Source: Lingula anatina (Eukaryota > Animalia > Brachiopoda). Taken from it: DNA of 64,000 nucleotides. The notes beneath the pieces were generated by a model, which saw nothing but the letters and a program-made list of their open reading frames with translations, did not search any database and was not told the origin of the DNA. The translations under genes were made by a program, and so were the position numbers. Position 1 is the stretch's first letter, and every line of letters begins with the position of its first letter. Shown here piece after piece: positions 51,783 to 64,000 of the stretch. The DNA lies in assembly GCA_051362555.1 (NCBI GenBank), contig CM120640.1:68736788-68800787 (forward strand), read 5' to 3'.

Positions 51783-54700
51783 TTATTGTTTTGCCAAGCT
51801 GCAGAGGAACAACCTCTCCAAAACCTCAAGCTCGTTGTCCAAGTTGAAGAAAGACTTCATGGTTTCATTTTTGGACTCAGAGAAAATTTTGGAAGCACCC
51901 CTCATGTGACTAAGTGCAATTTCATACCTGAACAAAAACAGACATAAAGAAAATATGGTTATACACATGACGGCATCTCTTAAATATGAAAAAATTAATG
52001 ACTCAATTTAAAAAAAAATTAATTAGGCTCATCAAAATATTTTCATGTGTTATAATAAATACAATTGTAAAATACAAACCACTTTTTCTGAAAAAAATCC
52101 TTTACTAGTGCATTACTGTTGGTAAAGTTTCAGACATAATGAAAAATACAAACCTTTGTTCAAATAATGCTTCTTGAATTTCATCTACACATTTCTTGAA
52201 GTGATCAACAGAATCTGGATCAAGTCCTGAAAAGACAAAACTGTGTAAAAAAAACAGAGAAGTTACATAGGGCGCATTCCCATAGATTTTAGATCGATCT
52301 ATCCCCGTGGGGACTCTCACTAGATTACTGTCAGATAATCCGACTTAAATGTCCGTCCCTCCTACTACAAGCTGTAAGGGGGTAATTAACTTCAGTGCAC
52401 AGTCGGCTGACTGCAATTTAGCGTGAACCCCCAGGGAGTTAGGTCGATCTAATAAGATCGATCTAAATCTCTGGAAATGCCCTCATAGTCCCAATTATGT
52501 TACAAATGGTTCCAGTATAAAAAAAATCACTATTTATTTGGAGGCCCATTATTATTATAGTTTTATGGTTGGAACAAGACATTTCTGATTTAAAATCTTT
52601 AAAAACAGCCCTACAAACATGCATTATGCACATACTTCTACATTTGAACAAATAAAACTGACCCAACCATAATGGCATGTATTAGATAACAATATTTAGG
52701 TTTTCAAACACACACATCTTGAAAAAAATCACAATCTTTCCAAGTTTCACACTTGAAGAATAAACAAGTAATATCAATCTTATCCCACCTCCGCTGATGA
52801 TTGAAGATCCAGGTACCAGGCCCTTGGCTATCATATCTTCCATCTCGGACTTCGCCATGACCCACATCATTTGCAGGTTTTCATCGAGATCCTGCACCGT
52901 CTGCTGCGGCGTGAGCTGGGCTGTAACACACGAATAACCTGTTAATGTCATCGGGCTAGATACAGGGGCAGACCCACAGATATTTGCTGACCATCTTCTA
53001 AATTATCTATATTAATGCACCTTCCTTTTTTGACAGTTTTCTGATAGAGAAAATAATATGCCCATCAATTTAAACTTAAACATTTTGATCGTCTTCTGGA
53101 AGACCCTCCCTGAGATCAGTACAAACCTTTTACTTCTATCAAACCTTTTCAATTGTTTTACATATATGTGGTACTGACTGGATCTTTTCAATGGGGAAAA
53201 TTGTAAATTTTACAAACATTGTATTTTTCTAAGTAAGAAATTCTGAACATTAGAAAATTCCTACTGAGTAGGAGCAACAAAATCGAAAAGCAAACTACTT
53301 TATGGTTCCATTCTATACAGTAAAAACATCACAACTGCTAAATAGAAATATATTTTCAATGATTCCAAAATCATGTATCCGAAAGATTGAAAAGGAAAAG
53401 TCATAATGTTCCTTTTGTCACTGTAACTTACCTTGTAAGGATTCCAGTAAGACATTTTCTATCTCCCTCTCATTACCTTCCTCATCACGGCGTGGACGTG
53501 GTAGTGGATTTCGGGTTGCAGTGAGAGGATTTGCTTCAGCCCCTTGATGGAACAGCTGCTTCATATAGGCATCAGGATCTAAAAATAATTGGGCACTTCA
53601 ATATTCCTGTAAGTCAACGATGTTTACAAAAACTCCGACAAGAAATATACCTACAGAAGAATGAAGTATAACTATATATATTAAAGTTTTGTTGTTCAGT
53701 TACATCAAAACGTCAGTTTATGTTTTATTATTGCCGTTGAAAAACTAGAGGATCAGAGAGGCGATACCGCCTCCAGATATTGTACCACCAGCTGGAGTAA
53801 GCGCATTCGTATGGACCCCCCCCTCCTAAAAGGGACACCATCACCAGTCTGGTGTTTGACAAGCTCTATAAGATGCAATCAACAAGAGTTCTCAAAATAT
53901 GCAAAAAATATAACTAAAAATGATACAATCAAGCAGATTTTCAAATTGACTTGCATTTTCCTACCCTTGCTCACTACTGTATTCTCTAGACAAAAGGCCT
54001 ATTGGTTTTCCTTGAAATGTGTTGTCAATGGTGCATATATGCTGACAAAAGAGAAAACCTAGGGGAAACAATGGGCACATCTCTGCTAGATTTAAAGATA
54101 TGAGAGGCAAGAAAATATGCAAAGCTCAGTTCATGGTGAAAAAGTAGGTCAAAGGTCAATTTCAATATCATAGTATATGAATTTCTATTCAAGTTCAATA
54201 GCAACCATGGACATTTCTTTGCCAATTTTGCAGATTTAAAGGCCAGAAAACATGCAAAAAGCAGTTCATCATAAAAAGTAGGTCAAAGGTCAATTTCAAG
54301 GTCACAGATTGCTAGTGTATTACTTCCTATTCAAGTTCAATAGTAACTATGGACCTATCTGTCAGTTTTGAAGATAAAGGTGAACGAAAATTTGCTAAGT
54401 TCAGTTCATAGTAAAAGGAAGGTCAAAGGTCAATTTAAAGGTCACAGTAAATTGCCAGTTCATGACTTCCTATTTAAGTTCAATAGTAACTATGGACCTA
54501 TCTCTGCCAGTTTTGGAGATTAAAGGGAACAAAAATTGGCAAAGTTCAATTCATGGTGAAAAGTAGGTCAAAGGTCAATTTTAAGGTCACTGATTAATTG
54601 CCAGTATGTGACTTCCTATTCAAGTTTAATAGTGACTATGGACCTATCTCTGCCAGTTTTGGAGATTAAAGGGAACAAAAATTGGCAAAGTTCAATTCAT

Positions 54701-57700
54701 GGTGAAAAGTAGGTCAAAGGTCAATTTTAAGGTCACTGTTAAATTGCCAGTATGTGACTTCCTATTCAAGTTCAATAGTAACTATTGACCTATCTCTGCC
54801 AGTTTTGGAGATAAAAGGGAACAAAAATTTGCAAAGTTCAGTTCATGGTGAAAAGTAAGTCAAAGGTCAATTTCAAGCTCACATCTAGATTGCAAGTAAA
54901 TGACTTCCTATTCAACTTAAATAATAACTATTGACCTATCTCTGCCAGTTTTGGAGATATAAGGGACTAAATGTTACAATTCTGAGTTACAAAAATGTGC
55001 CACCACAAAGTACTTTTTAATACAGCATAACACGAAAACCGTATGAAATACAAAAAAACGGAGACCACTCTCAGTGTTGGGCTTTACATGCTCTACAAAA
55101 TGCAAAAAAGAACGGGTCGCTAGCATTAACGGTTCCCGAATTAGAGACAGTTTTCATTTTCGGTATTTTATGGCCGCTACTCCTGTGAAAATGCACCGAT
55201 TGACCCCAAATTCACAGAGATGAAAGATGACCCAAAGGGTAACACTTTCCAATATAATTATTGGTTAAGTCTGTGTAGTGTCTGAATAACAGTGCAAATA
55301 ATATTTTTTTTCGTAAAAAATTTCATTTTTTTGAAAATTTTGGCCCGTTTGACCTTGAAATAAAGGTCAAAGGTCAAATCCAAGGGCATATTTGAAATCT
55401 ACACATATGACTTTTGGAAAGCCGTCTGTAGAAAATTTTCCCATAATTCCTTCCGTAGGGTAGATAATTGGCATTGAATTTTCAAAAATTTTGACAAGGG
55501 TGCATTTCAAGGAGCGTCACGCCCAGGTCAATGTACCGACTGAGACAAAAAAACCTGGGGGTTCAAGTTGAGGTTATATGTGACCTAAATCCAAGAGATG
55601 GGGACAGGGGTCCTTGCGGTCTAGGAGGAGAAGCGGTAACGGTGACTTGTATCCGGCGCCAGTACGCGGAGCCGGACGAGACGGGTCGGGACTAAAACCA
55701 TGAGTACCGCCAGCGTACACGCTGGTGGTACTAATAAGAGGGGCTGCTCTTAACAAGTAAAAGCAAGCAAAAAGTGTCATATTCAAGCTCACCTCTAAAT
55801 AACCCTTTTGATTTTGGTGTAAGTTTCCTTAACACTGCAGTCAATGGAGTTTCGTCCCCAGCCTAGGCAGTAAATGTTAATTTCATTTAATGATTTACCC
55901 TTTAAAGGAGCACACACCTCTTTGGGCAAAAAACATACCTTTCTGGTATAATTTTCAAGTTATGCTTACAATTTAATAAAACTTAACAGTCAATTTAATT
56001 TCACCAACACAGATAAGAATAATGAAATATTATTACAAATAATTGTCTTCTACCTTAAAACTGCCAGCAAGAAGCATTATACAGAGTTAAAACAGACTCT
56101 TGTACACCAAAAAATATTATTACAAGTTTACCCCTAATTCAAAGCCAGTAAGAGAAAATTTAAAGCCAATAATAAATTATAGTTACTTTTTTTTGACCAT
56201 CTACTTACCAAAAATCTTCCCTCTGGTTTTTCTTCAACTGGATTCCCAATTACAATTTTTCTTGCCTGGGATTCAAACACAACCAACCATGGGTTCACTA
56301 ATTTGCTTAAAATCACCTTATCTACACAATTTACCCCTGAAAAACAAATGACTTTGTCTTATTGTGAGTATTCCACTGGTTGCTTGACAAGCGGTTATGT
56401 TTTACATACAATGTTTGAAAAATAACCAAACTGGGGTGAGATAACTTACTATAACAGCTTTTCAGTGAAAGAAATGGGATACTACATTTACACGTAGTAG
56501 CATTCTTATTCTATGTTCATGCTAACATATAAAAAATAACAATCCATTTCTTTGGCAAGAAGAATTTAAATGACCATCAACTAATTATAATAAGAAGACT
56601 TGGAACAAGAGTTATGATAATCTGCAGGTCGCCACAGTTATAACATTGTCACAACAGATAAAGCTTTTATATCACTCATTTTGGTAAAAGGAAATGAAAT
56701 ACTATCCCATAATTATGCCTCTTCATCACTTTTTTTTTTTAGTTTTAATAAGGTATTTTCTGAGCCATTTGGCTCTAACAAAATGAAATTATGTTGGAGT
56801 GAGGTCTGAATTAATGAAGTGCAGGCACATCTGTTCTTCCGCAAAATGATGTCCACAAAGACTTTAAAATCATACATTATAGATCTCCATACACATAATT
56901 TAAATACTACTTGCTGAAACTTACCTGATTCTGTATAGAAGAACATTGGGTCCACTTTTGGTTTACTGTCGAGGATATCAGCATAAATGGCAACAAGTTC
57001 TTCATCTAACACTAACCAGGAATAAGGTGAATCAGCAGGAGGGTTTTCATCAAGTCCAATTTGGAAGAGACCCACTTTCACAGGTGCAAAAGTTGATACA
57101 AATCTTTCAGCAGATTCACTTTTGGCCTCATAGCTCAACACCTGCACATATCTGAGAGCACAGAGAAGCTGAAACGCCACTTCAATTTTATCTGTCTGAA
57201 AAACCACTTTTTCAAGTTGTCTCTTCTCTTCATCTGCCCCCCAGAAAGAAACGGCCAAGAGATTGTTACCAATAAACCAGGAGTAACGAATTTGGGCGCC
57301 TTGAATGGAGTTCTTCAGGAATCTACACACACAAGAGTCATAGTCAAACTGTATGTTGCAATCAGGGTGTGATCCTGGCTCAGCTCCCTCATCAGAGACA
57401 ATTTTCACTGCAAGCTCTGCTGGTTTATTTGGCAAGTTCTCAGAATTTACTGAACTTACGTAGTCTGCTACCTAAATTTTTAAAAAAGTGAAAATTTCTA
57501 GAACTTTTATACAGAGTCCATATACATGTATATCATTAAGTGAAAGCCATGGGAACAGGAACTTTATTGATATTATTGAAATATATACATATTGACTAAG
57601 CAAACCCCAAGAGTGTGTTTTGTTCAAAAGAAATCATATTTTAGTGATAGTTCTGGAAATTTCATTAAAATATCACTTACCAGTGCAGGTAGAGCCTCCT

Positions 57701-57740
57701 TGTTATCTAGAGCACACCTTACTACATTTTCCCAAGACAT
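51783..57740 (-). CDS. Uncharacterised protein of about 430 aa; exons 57681-57740 (exon starts 57772), 56925-57471, 56209-56336, 55793-55862, 53432-53578, 52789-52920, 52154-52226, 51783-51927; upstream exons 59472-59509 and 60151-60211 probably 5'UTR
   Basis: Eight GT-AG-bounded segments join into one open frame with matching phases (MSWENVVRCAL...LERLFLCSLAKQ*). No family recognised. Start codon uncertain. Confidence 0.78.
52268..52487. mobile_element. About 220-bp MITE (possibly PIF/Harbinger-like) in an intron of the uncharacterised gene
   Basis: Imperfect TIRs GGGCGCATTCCCATAGATTTTAGATCGATCT / AGATCGATCTAAATCTCTGGAAATGCCC. Confidence 0.65.
53742..55735 (-). mobile_element. Non-autonomous Helitron/Helentron-like element, copy 2, intronic
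   Basis: Nearly identical to 48208-50250, with unrelated flanks. Visible differences are poly-C length, fewer GGAGCCGGC-type units and a few substitutions. Confidence 0.8.
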
Positions 57741-60677
57741 GATGGAGACAGGAATGCTTTCTTCTTCAGTTTCTAAGATATGGAAAAAATCCATTATAAA
57801 TATTATGCTATAAAATGTTTAAATGAACAACTACATTCTATGGGCTATCATCAGTGTAATCTACCAGTATATATGTGCCATTTAATGAATAAAAATAGAT
57901 GGTGTTGATGGGTAACCATTGCATAACCTATACGTCGTCGATGCATTGCCAAGAATAGCTCACCCCAGGGACCCGTTCCCTAAATATCTATGCTGTGTAT
58001 CATGCTTTGTGAAAAAAGTATTACCATCAAATGACCCATATACAGACACATTGTTAGGTTACCAGATGTTATGAAAGGTCTTTGGAGATCCACCTTCATT
58101 GGGCTGCTGCTTGTATGTTATTCTCTGAATAACCAAGGCACTATGGGCTTATTTCCAATGAAACTGTGGTTCTATGCAGATCAACCCAACTCTGCAAGGA
58201 ATCTCGCTGAATGCAATCAGATTAACATGCTTCCTCCTGGCATTGAGTAGAATACAGAGAAGCTGATGATTATGTTATACCAGTATGTTGGAAACAAGAG
58301 AAGGGATGTTAATCTATTAATCTGACTGCACTCAGCAAGAGTTCCCATGGAGTTGGATCCATTTTTATTGACATTTTCACTGGGATAACTCAGAGAAATA
58401 CAATAAATTCTATTTTACCCCCAAAATGTCGGTTAACACAAATATTTTGGAATTTGTGCCTGCCATCACATCCCGTGACCTCCATATCACGTGACCTCCA
58501 TTATTACAAAAAACAAACTTTTTAGAAAAAAAAACAGGGACTAATTTTGAATGTGGGAATGGATTCATATACCATTGGTAAGTACGGGGAAATTGTCCTT
58601 TACCCCAGGAAAATTCATTTTTTGGCCAAAATGAACAGTTGTTATCCCTTTAACTAAGGAAGCATTCTATATTCATTCTTGCAGTGTTTCTTCACTTACT
58701 AAGCCTCTCACCTTTCTACTCCCTACACTGTCAATGTAGACATGTGAATATCATCCTAGTACATGTAACAAAACATAACTTATAAATAATTCAAACTTAT
58801 CCCACGCATGGAAATCACTATTCAGGAGTCCCAACTGTAATTTAATGTGATGCTTTTAGTTAATAGTGTTGCACCTGAATTACTGTAGTAACAAATGGGT
58901 ATACACTTGCATGAAGTGGTGTCACGAGCAGGTCTACAAGCCAGCTAGTCAGTTCAGCACAGCTTTACTAAGGCTAGACCCTCCTCTAGTGCTGCTGGGT
59001 TATATACAAATTTTGTAAAATGATGTAAGACATGAAATGAAGGTATGGACGAGTTAGTATAGTTCACAATGATTATTTAATTTAATGGCGGAGGGGCCAT
59101 CTAAAGCCATCCACAGCAGAAGGGATTAAATTGTACCACCTGTGTGAGCGCTAGCTTTACTCATGGCTTTAGCCTCGAACTATCTTGTTGACCATGCAAT
59201 AATTCTTGCGTTTTATCATGCAAGTAAATTTTGGACTATGTCAGTGGTAATTTTACAGGTATTTTACTCCAAGGGATAATTCTGAATTGTTCAAAACTTT
59301 TTATATTCCATAAAAGATACAAGTTTACATATTACCCTATGGGCTCATTATACAAAGTGACAGGTTGATAGATCATTAATACACTTAAAGCATTCTAAGC
59401 TAGGATTTTCCTACCAAAACCTTATACTTAACAAATTTTCCAAAGGTAAAGGGCATTTTCCTCGAACTTACCAGCCTTTAATCTTCCTTTTCTAACACTC
59501 AATATAACTCTGAAGCAATTTTGGAAAAAGCAAAAGACCAAAACATTCACTTAAGCTAAGGTTTTCTAGATACACCATTCATTCCATGACTAGACTTCTC
59601 AATATCCCAAGACCCTCTGGATCTTACACAAGAACCCGCATTATTTTCAAACTGTGTCAAGATGACTGACCACCGAGGTTCACCAGGGGGTGGTGAATAT
59701 GATTATTTTTTGTAATATTGATTTAGGCTATATATCTGTCAATATATGTTTTAAAAGTTTTAATTGTTTTAATTCAACAAGAAGCCATTCATGCACTTGG
59801 AATGTATTCAAAACCCTGTCTTGGATTGCTTCAAACACCACCAGACATAGTTATTGTAGCTTTGTGACATAGAACAAACAGATTCACCTCAATCATTTAA
59901 AAAGAATGTAGTACATGTACTAGTACACATTTCCCTTTTTCGTGACTTACAAGTTACAGATACTTGATGCATACCTCAACTCAATAACAGAATATAAAGG
60001 TTAGATTTGAAGTGAGGGTATTATCATGGTGGGTTTGGGAGATATGATCCACCATGACATGGTCCAAGAATAAACAAACAAGACTTAGTAAGTACTTCCA
60101 CACAGTCAGGTTTATTCCTGGTTGAGAGCTGAGACCACAAGACAGCTTACTCAACTATCTGATGTGGTCACGTCCAGTTATCTTTTACAGTAAATGTAAA
60201 CAGCTTATATACTGTACAAAAAAAAAAAAAAAATCTAATTTCAAGGTGGAACAAGACCCAACATGGCATGCAATCCTGTACATAAATATAAATAGAAAAG
60301 TTACAAGTTTGACAGGGCATGCTAACACCTGTCTGGCCAGTACTCAGCTGTCTGCCTTGATACTGGCTTTAATTAACTGACCAAATCACTTTTCATAAAA
60401 ATTAGGTTGTTATAGCATATATATCTCCTGTAACACATTATGTGACTCAAATAAAGTCAACATACCAAAAGATAAACCAATTAATCACTGTATCTTCTAA
60501 CTGTATCTTCTTAATATTTTTGTACATACATTTGATTTATCTATCTTTCCCTCCAGTTCATAAAAGTCTGCCAAATGACACAGTGATTACTATGCATAAC
60601 TGCTGCAAAAACAATAGATGAAACCACGCTCGTCTGTCACCTTGATTGGATAGTAAACGATTGTCATAAAATCGCTA

Positions 60678-61308
60678 AATGATATTAAAACCGGGTGCAT
60701 AAACTTGGAAGCCACCTAGGACAACCTTGGACTGCCACATTAATGCAATACAATGCAAAAATAAACTATAACAAGTGGTTAAAGCCTTCAAACCGAATGT
60801 CGTAAAGTCCCCATATACCTCCATAGAGACAATAAAATAGAGTAAGCTTGTGAAACAAGAAGCCACCAACTTAAACATAATAATCGAAATAAAATACTGC
60901 CGGGCATCGGAGCGGCCTAAAACTTGGCATGCTTACCGCAAATACTGCAGGCTACATCATCCCGTTGCTCGTTTGTAAATTCTGTGCATGGCAATGATAT
61001 TAAAACCGGGTGCATAAACTTGGAAACCACCTAGGACAACCTTGGACTGCCACATTAATCCAATACAATGCAAAAATAAACTATAACAAGTGGTTAAAGC
61101 CTTCAAACCGAATGTCGTAAAGTCTCCATATACCTCCATAGAGACAATAAAATAGAGTAAGCTTGTGAAACAAGAAGCCACCAACTTAAACATAATAATC
61201 GAAATAAAATACTGCCGGGCAGCGGAGCGGCCTAAAACTTGGCACGCTTACTGCAAATACTGCAGGCTACATCATCCCGTCGCTCGTTTGTAAATTCCGT
61301 GCATGGCA
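60678..61308. repeat. Tandem duplication, 2 x 315 bp
   Basis: AATGATATTAAAACCGGGTGC...GTGCATGGCA occurs at 60678 and 60993 with only scattered mismatches. Confidence 0.95.
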
Positions 61309-61748
61309 TACGCACAATCAAACCGTAAATCAAAATTCCACCTCTGATGTTTATTTCGGTCCACTCTAACCTAAAAATTAAGAAAAAGAAGCCATGCCAT
61401 TGGACAATACGACCTCTGCGGTTAGGTCCCCAGATAGCAAGAAGACGTTGGGCCAACATTGGCACGGTTGGCATTTGGTTGGCATTGGCATGCCACCATT
61501 GGGCCAATGTTGGGCCAACGTTGGCACTTTGACGTTGGCCTGCCGCTGTTAAGCCAACATTGGGCCAACGTTGGCACTTTGACGTTGGCCTGCCGCCTTT
61601 GGGCCAATGTTGGACCAACATCATTTTTTTGACGTTGAATCAACGTGCATAGGGCCAATTAATTTTTGTCATTTTTAACCTTTAAACTTATGTTGAGCCA
61701 GATTCTTTTTTATGTTAACCAGCCATTAGGCCAATATTTGGTGATGTC

Positions 61749-61798
<50 letters not shown>

Positions 61799-62159
61799 AG
61801 TGAGCATTAATTGCTGTCATTTGGTCAATTTTGATTTAATTTATCACTAGAGTGATTCAGTTCTCTCACTCTCTCTCTCTCTTATCTTCAAAGTCCCTCA
61901 TTAGTGCACTATTTGTTTAATTTATATGTTGTGTTTTGACTTTGACTTTTAATTTGAATGAACTGTTGTTAACTTGGTACAGCTACTCGTTCCGGCGGCC
62001 GCTGTTTTAAAATTCCGTTTTTTATGATAAGCCGGTCAAGGACCCGGATATAGCGTTCCTTAGAGTTATGGATATGAAAAAGGCACAAGCGTATCAAACT
62101 GATACAATTCGTTGAGTGATTTGATTCGTCATGTGTTTTGATTCGAAGGAATCAACAAC

Positions 62160-62930
62160 GGCGACGAGGATAAACTCTAGTGCAAGACTGTAAGCCAACT
62201 TTCTTTGAGAAAATGGAGGAAAAATGCGAAATTCTGAAAATCGAGCCGTACAGAAGTCGGAGAGGCGCCTGCTAGACGAGCGCGTTGGCTAGAAAGTTTG
62301 AAACTCTTCGCTGACGGATTCGGGAAAAGGATTGATTTTTTCAGAACCAACGGACGGAATGAATAATTAGCAAAGACGGAAAATTAAAAATACTTGTCAG
62401 AGGAGACGCACGCTTATGTTGCAGGAACAGGTGTACACGATATTTTCAGAACTCTCTCAAACACAGGTGAGAAACATGAATATACATCGTCAGTTAAATA
62501 TTTAAATGAAAAGGAACACCAGAAACTGTGAGTATGGTGAAACCGAAGTCATTTGACAAACCACCTCAGTCTAAACGCCAGGAGGTCAGACATAAAAAAC
62601 GAAGTAGAAACCCCCTGACTGAGAAAACATGTTACAGATGTGGAGGTAAGGGACACTTTGGTCGTGACCTTTAATGCCCTGCTAGAGGAAAATCTCGCAA
62701 CAAGTGTAAGAAGTTGGATCACTTTGCAAAAGTCTGCAAAACTGAAACTATTACCCATGTAAATCACAGTTATGAACATGATAATCCAGGAGTGCATGTA
62801 CATTTGGTGTGGAAACTGATGCAAAATGGTGGAAATAGAGATCTATAAGCAGTGTTAATCTCAGTGTTTTACCAGACTCTGGTGAATATTGTAATATCAT
62901 TGATGAAAATACGTGGGAAATGCTGAAATC
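62160..62930 (+). pseudogene. Decayed Ty3/Gypsy (Mag-like) gag-protease fragment inside the CACTA-like element
   Basis: PBS-like GGCGACGAGG at 62161; WLESLKLFADG; paired zinc knuckles KTCYRCGGKGHFGRDL*CPARGKSRNKCKKLDHFAKVCK (62624-62740); retropepsin motif DSGEYCNIIDENTW (62875). Stops and frameshifts present. Confidence 0.75.
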
Positions 62931-63176
62931 CAAGAAAAATAAATGTGGCTCTAGTGCAGGACCATGAAACAAAATATTATTCATACATGTTTGAGAAACC
63001 TTCAGAAGTATAGTGACATAAAGGATCATTAAGGCAGGCAAAGGAAGAGATCATGCGGAATTTGAAGTGAAAGGACATTTAATGTAAGATAGAAGTGTTG
63101 TTGTTAAATGTTAATGAGTTGATTAGATTTCAGAATTTTCAATGTGGTTAAAAGAATTATAGTTGGAGTTCATATG

Positions 63177-63177
<1 letters not shown>

Positions 63178-63232
<55 letters not shown>
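63178..63232. repeat. (TA)n microsatellite
   Basis: Directly visible. Confidence 0.98.
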
Positions 63233-63234
<2 letters not shown>

Positions 63235-64000
63235 GCCATTTCTTAGTATTTGACATGCAATTGCAACAAACATCTGGATATTACAAGAATCCAAATGCAT
63301 CTAGCATGCTTAGGTTTTCAAAATGATTCAAGCATGAATTGTTTCTATAAACTTAGGTTAAGATCAGCCATCTGTGTTTTAAAAAATAAGTTTCACATAC
63401 TCTTTTAGAATATTATAATAAACGTTAATGTTTTAACATTTACTTTTTATTATACCTTTTATTATTACCTTATGTATATACATGCACTCGAATAAAATCA
63501 GTTGTAGAATTGATAATCACTTTTTTGTGGTGAATATAAATATTAAAGCTTAAATTTAATATATTGCCTTTAAATTCATTTGAAAAATAAATAATTGAAA
63601 GCAATAATTAACGTTGGATGAATGTTGGCACTTTAAAATCCCCAACGTTGGGCCAACATTGGCCCAATGAAGGTTTGTTAGGGGTATGACATTGGGCCAA
63701 CGATGGCAGCCCAACCGTCAGAATTCCAACATTGGCATGACGTTGGCCCAATGCCTTTGGTTGGCCTAATGACGTTGGGCCAACGTTGGCAGGTTGGCAA
63801 AATGACGTTGGGCCAATGCCTGTACAACGTTGTGCCAATGAGCAACCATACATTGGGCCAACGTTGGCCCAACGTCGGTGGTTGGCTTGCCAACGTTGGG
63901 CCAATATTGGCAGTACAACCAACCATGCGTTGGGCCAACGTTGGCCCAATGCCATCCTGCTATCTGGGTCATTTCCTGAATTGGATTGTGGATTGTGGGT

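Larger units (their letters stand above)
61429..63968. mobile_element. Non-autonomous CACTA/EnSpm-like DNA transposon (CCCAG termini, 2-bp TSD)
   Basis: TIRs CCCAGATAGCA / TGCTATCTGGG, TC duplicated on both sides (61427-61428, 63969-63970), and dense subterminal GTTGGGCCAAC repeats at 61447-61660 and 63610-63950. Confidence 0.82.

Noticed and set aside
60151-60211. In-frame TGA in an upstream exon of the orphan gene (possible selenocysteine)
   Set aside because: No SECIS identified; a 5'UTR exon is the simpler explanation.
61232-63972. ORFs with QRWPNVGPTLA repeats
   Set aside because: Translations of the GTTGGGCCAAC subterminal repeats of the transposon.

Overview
AT-rich, intron-rich animal genomic DNA from an invertebrate (probably a lophotrochozoan; the taxon cannot be fixed from sequence alone). 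I reconstructed gene models by hand from splice sites and reading-frame phase. In order: a kinesin-6 (KIF20-like, minus strand, running off the window) head-to-head with PBDC1; three tandem two-pore-domain K+ channel paralogs; a two-Ig, probably GPI-anchored protein; two tandem single-domain saposin genes; an ankyrin+SOCS-box gene; an SLC6 amino-acid transporter; a signal-peptide-bearing permuted papain-like (H...NC) protein; and a multi-exon gene of about 430 aa that I cannot identify. Repeats include two near-identical 2-kb Helitron/Helentron-like elements carrying AGGTCAAAGGTCA arrays, a CACTA-like element containing a decayed Gypsy gag-protease piece, several MITEs, perfect hairpins and microsatellites. 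The most unusual item is the second saposin gene, where duplicated exons encode Arg/Pro-rich repeats, each with an EGSGD glycosaminoglycan-attachment-like motif, in front of the saposin domain.
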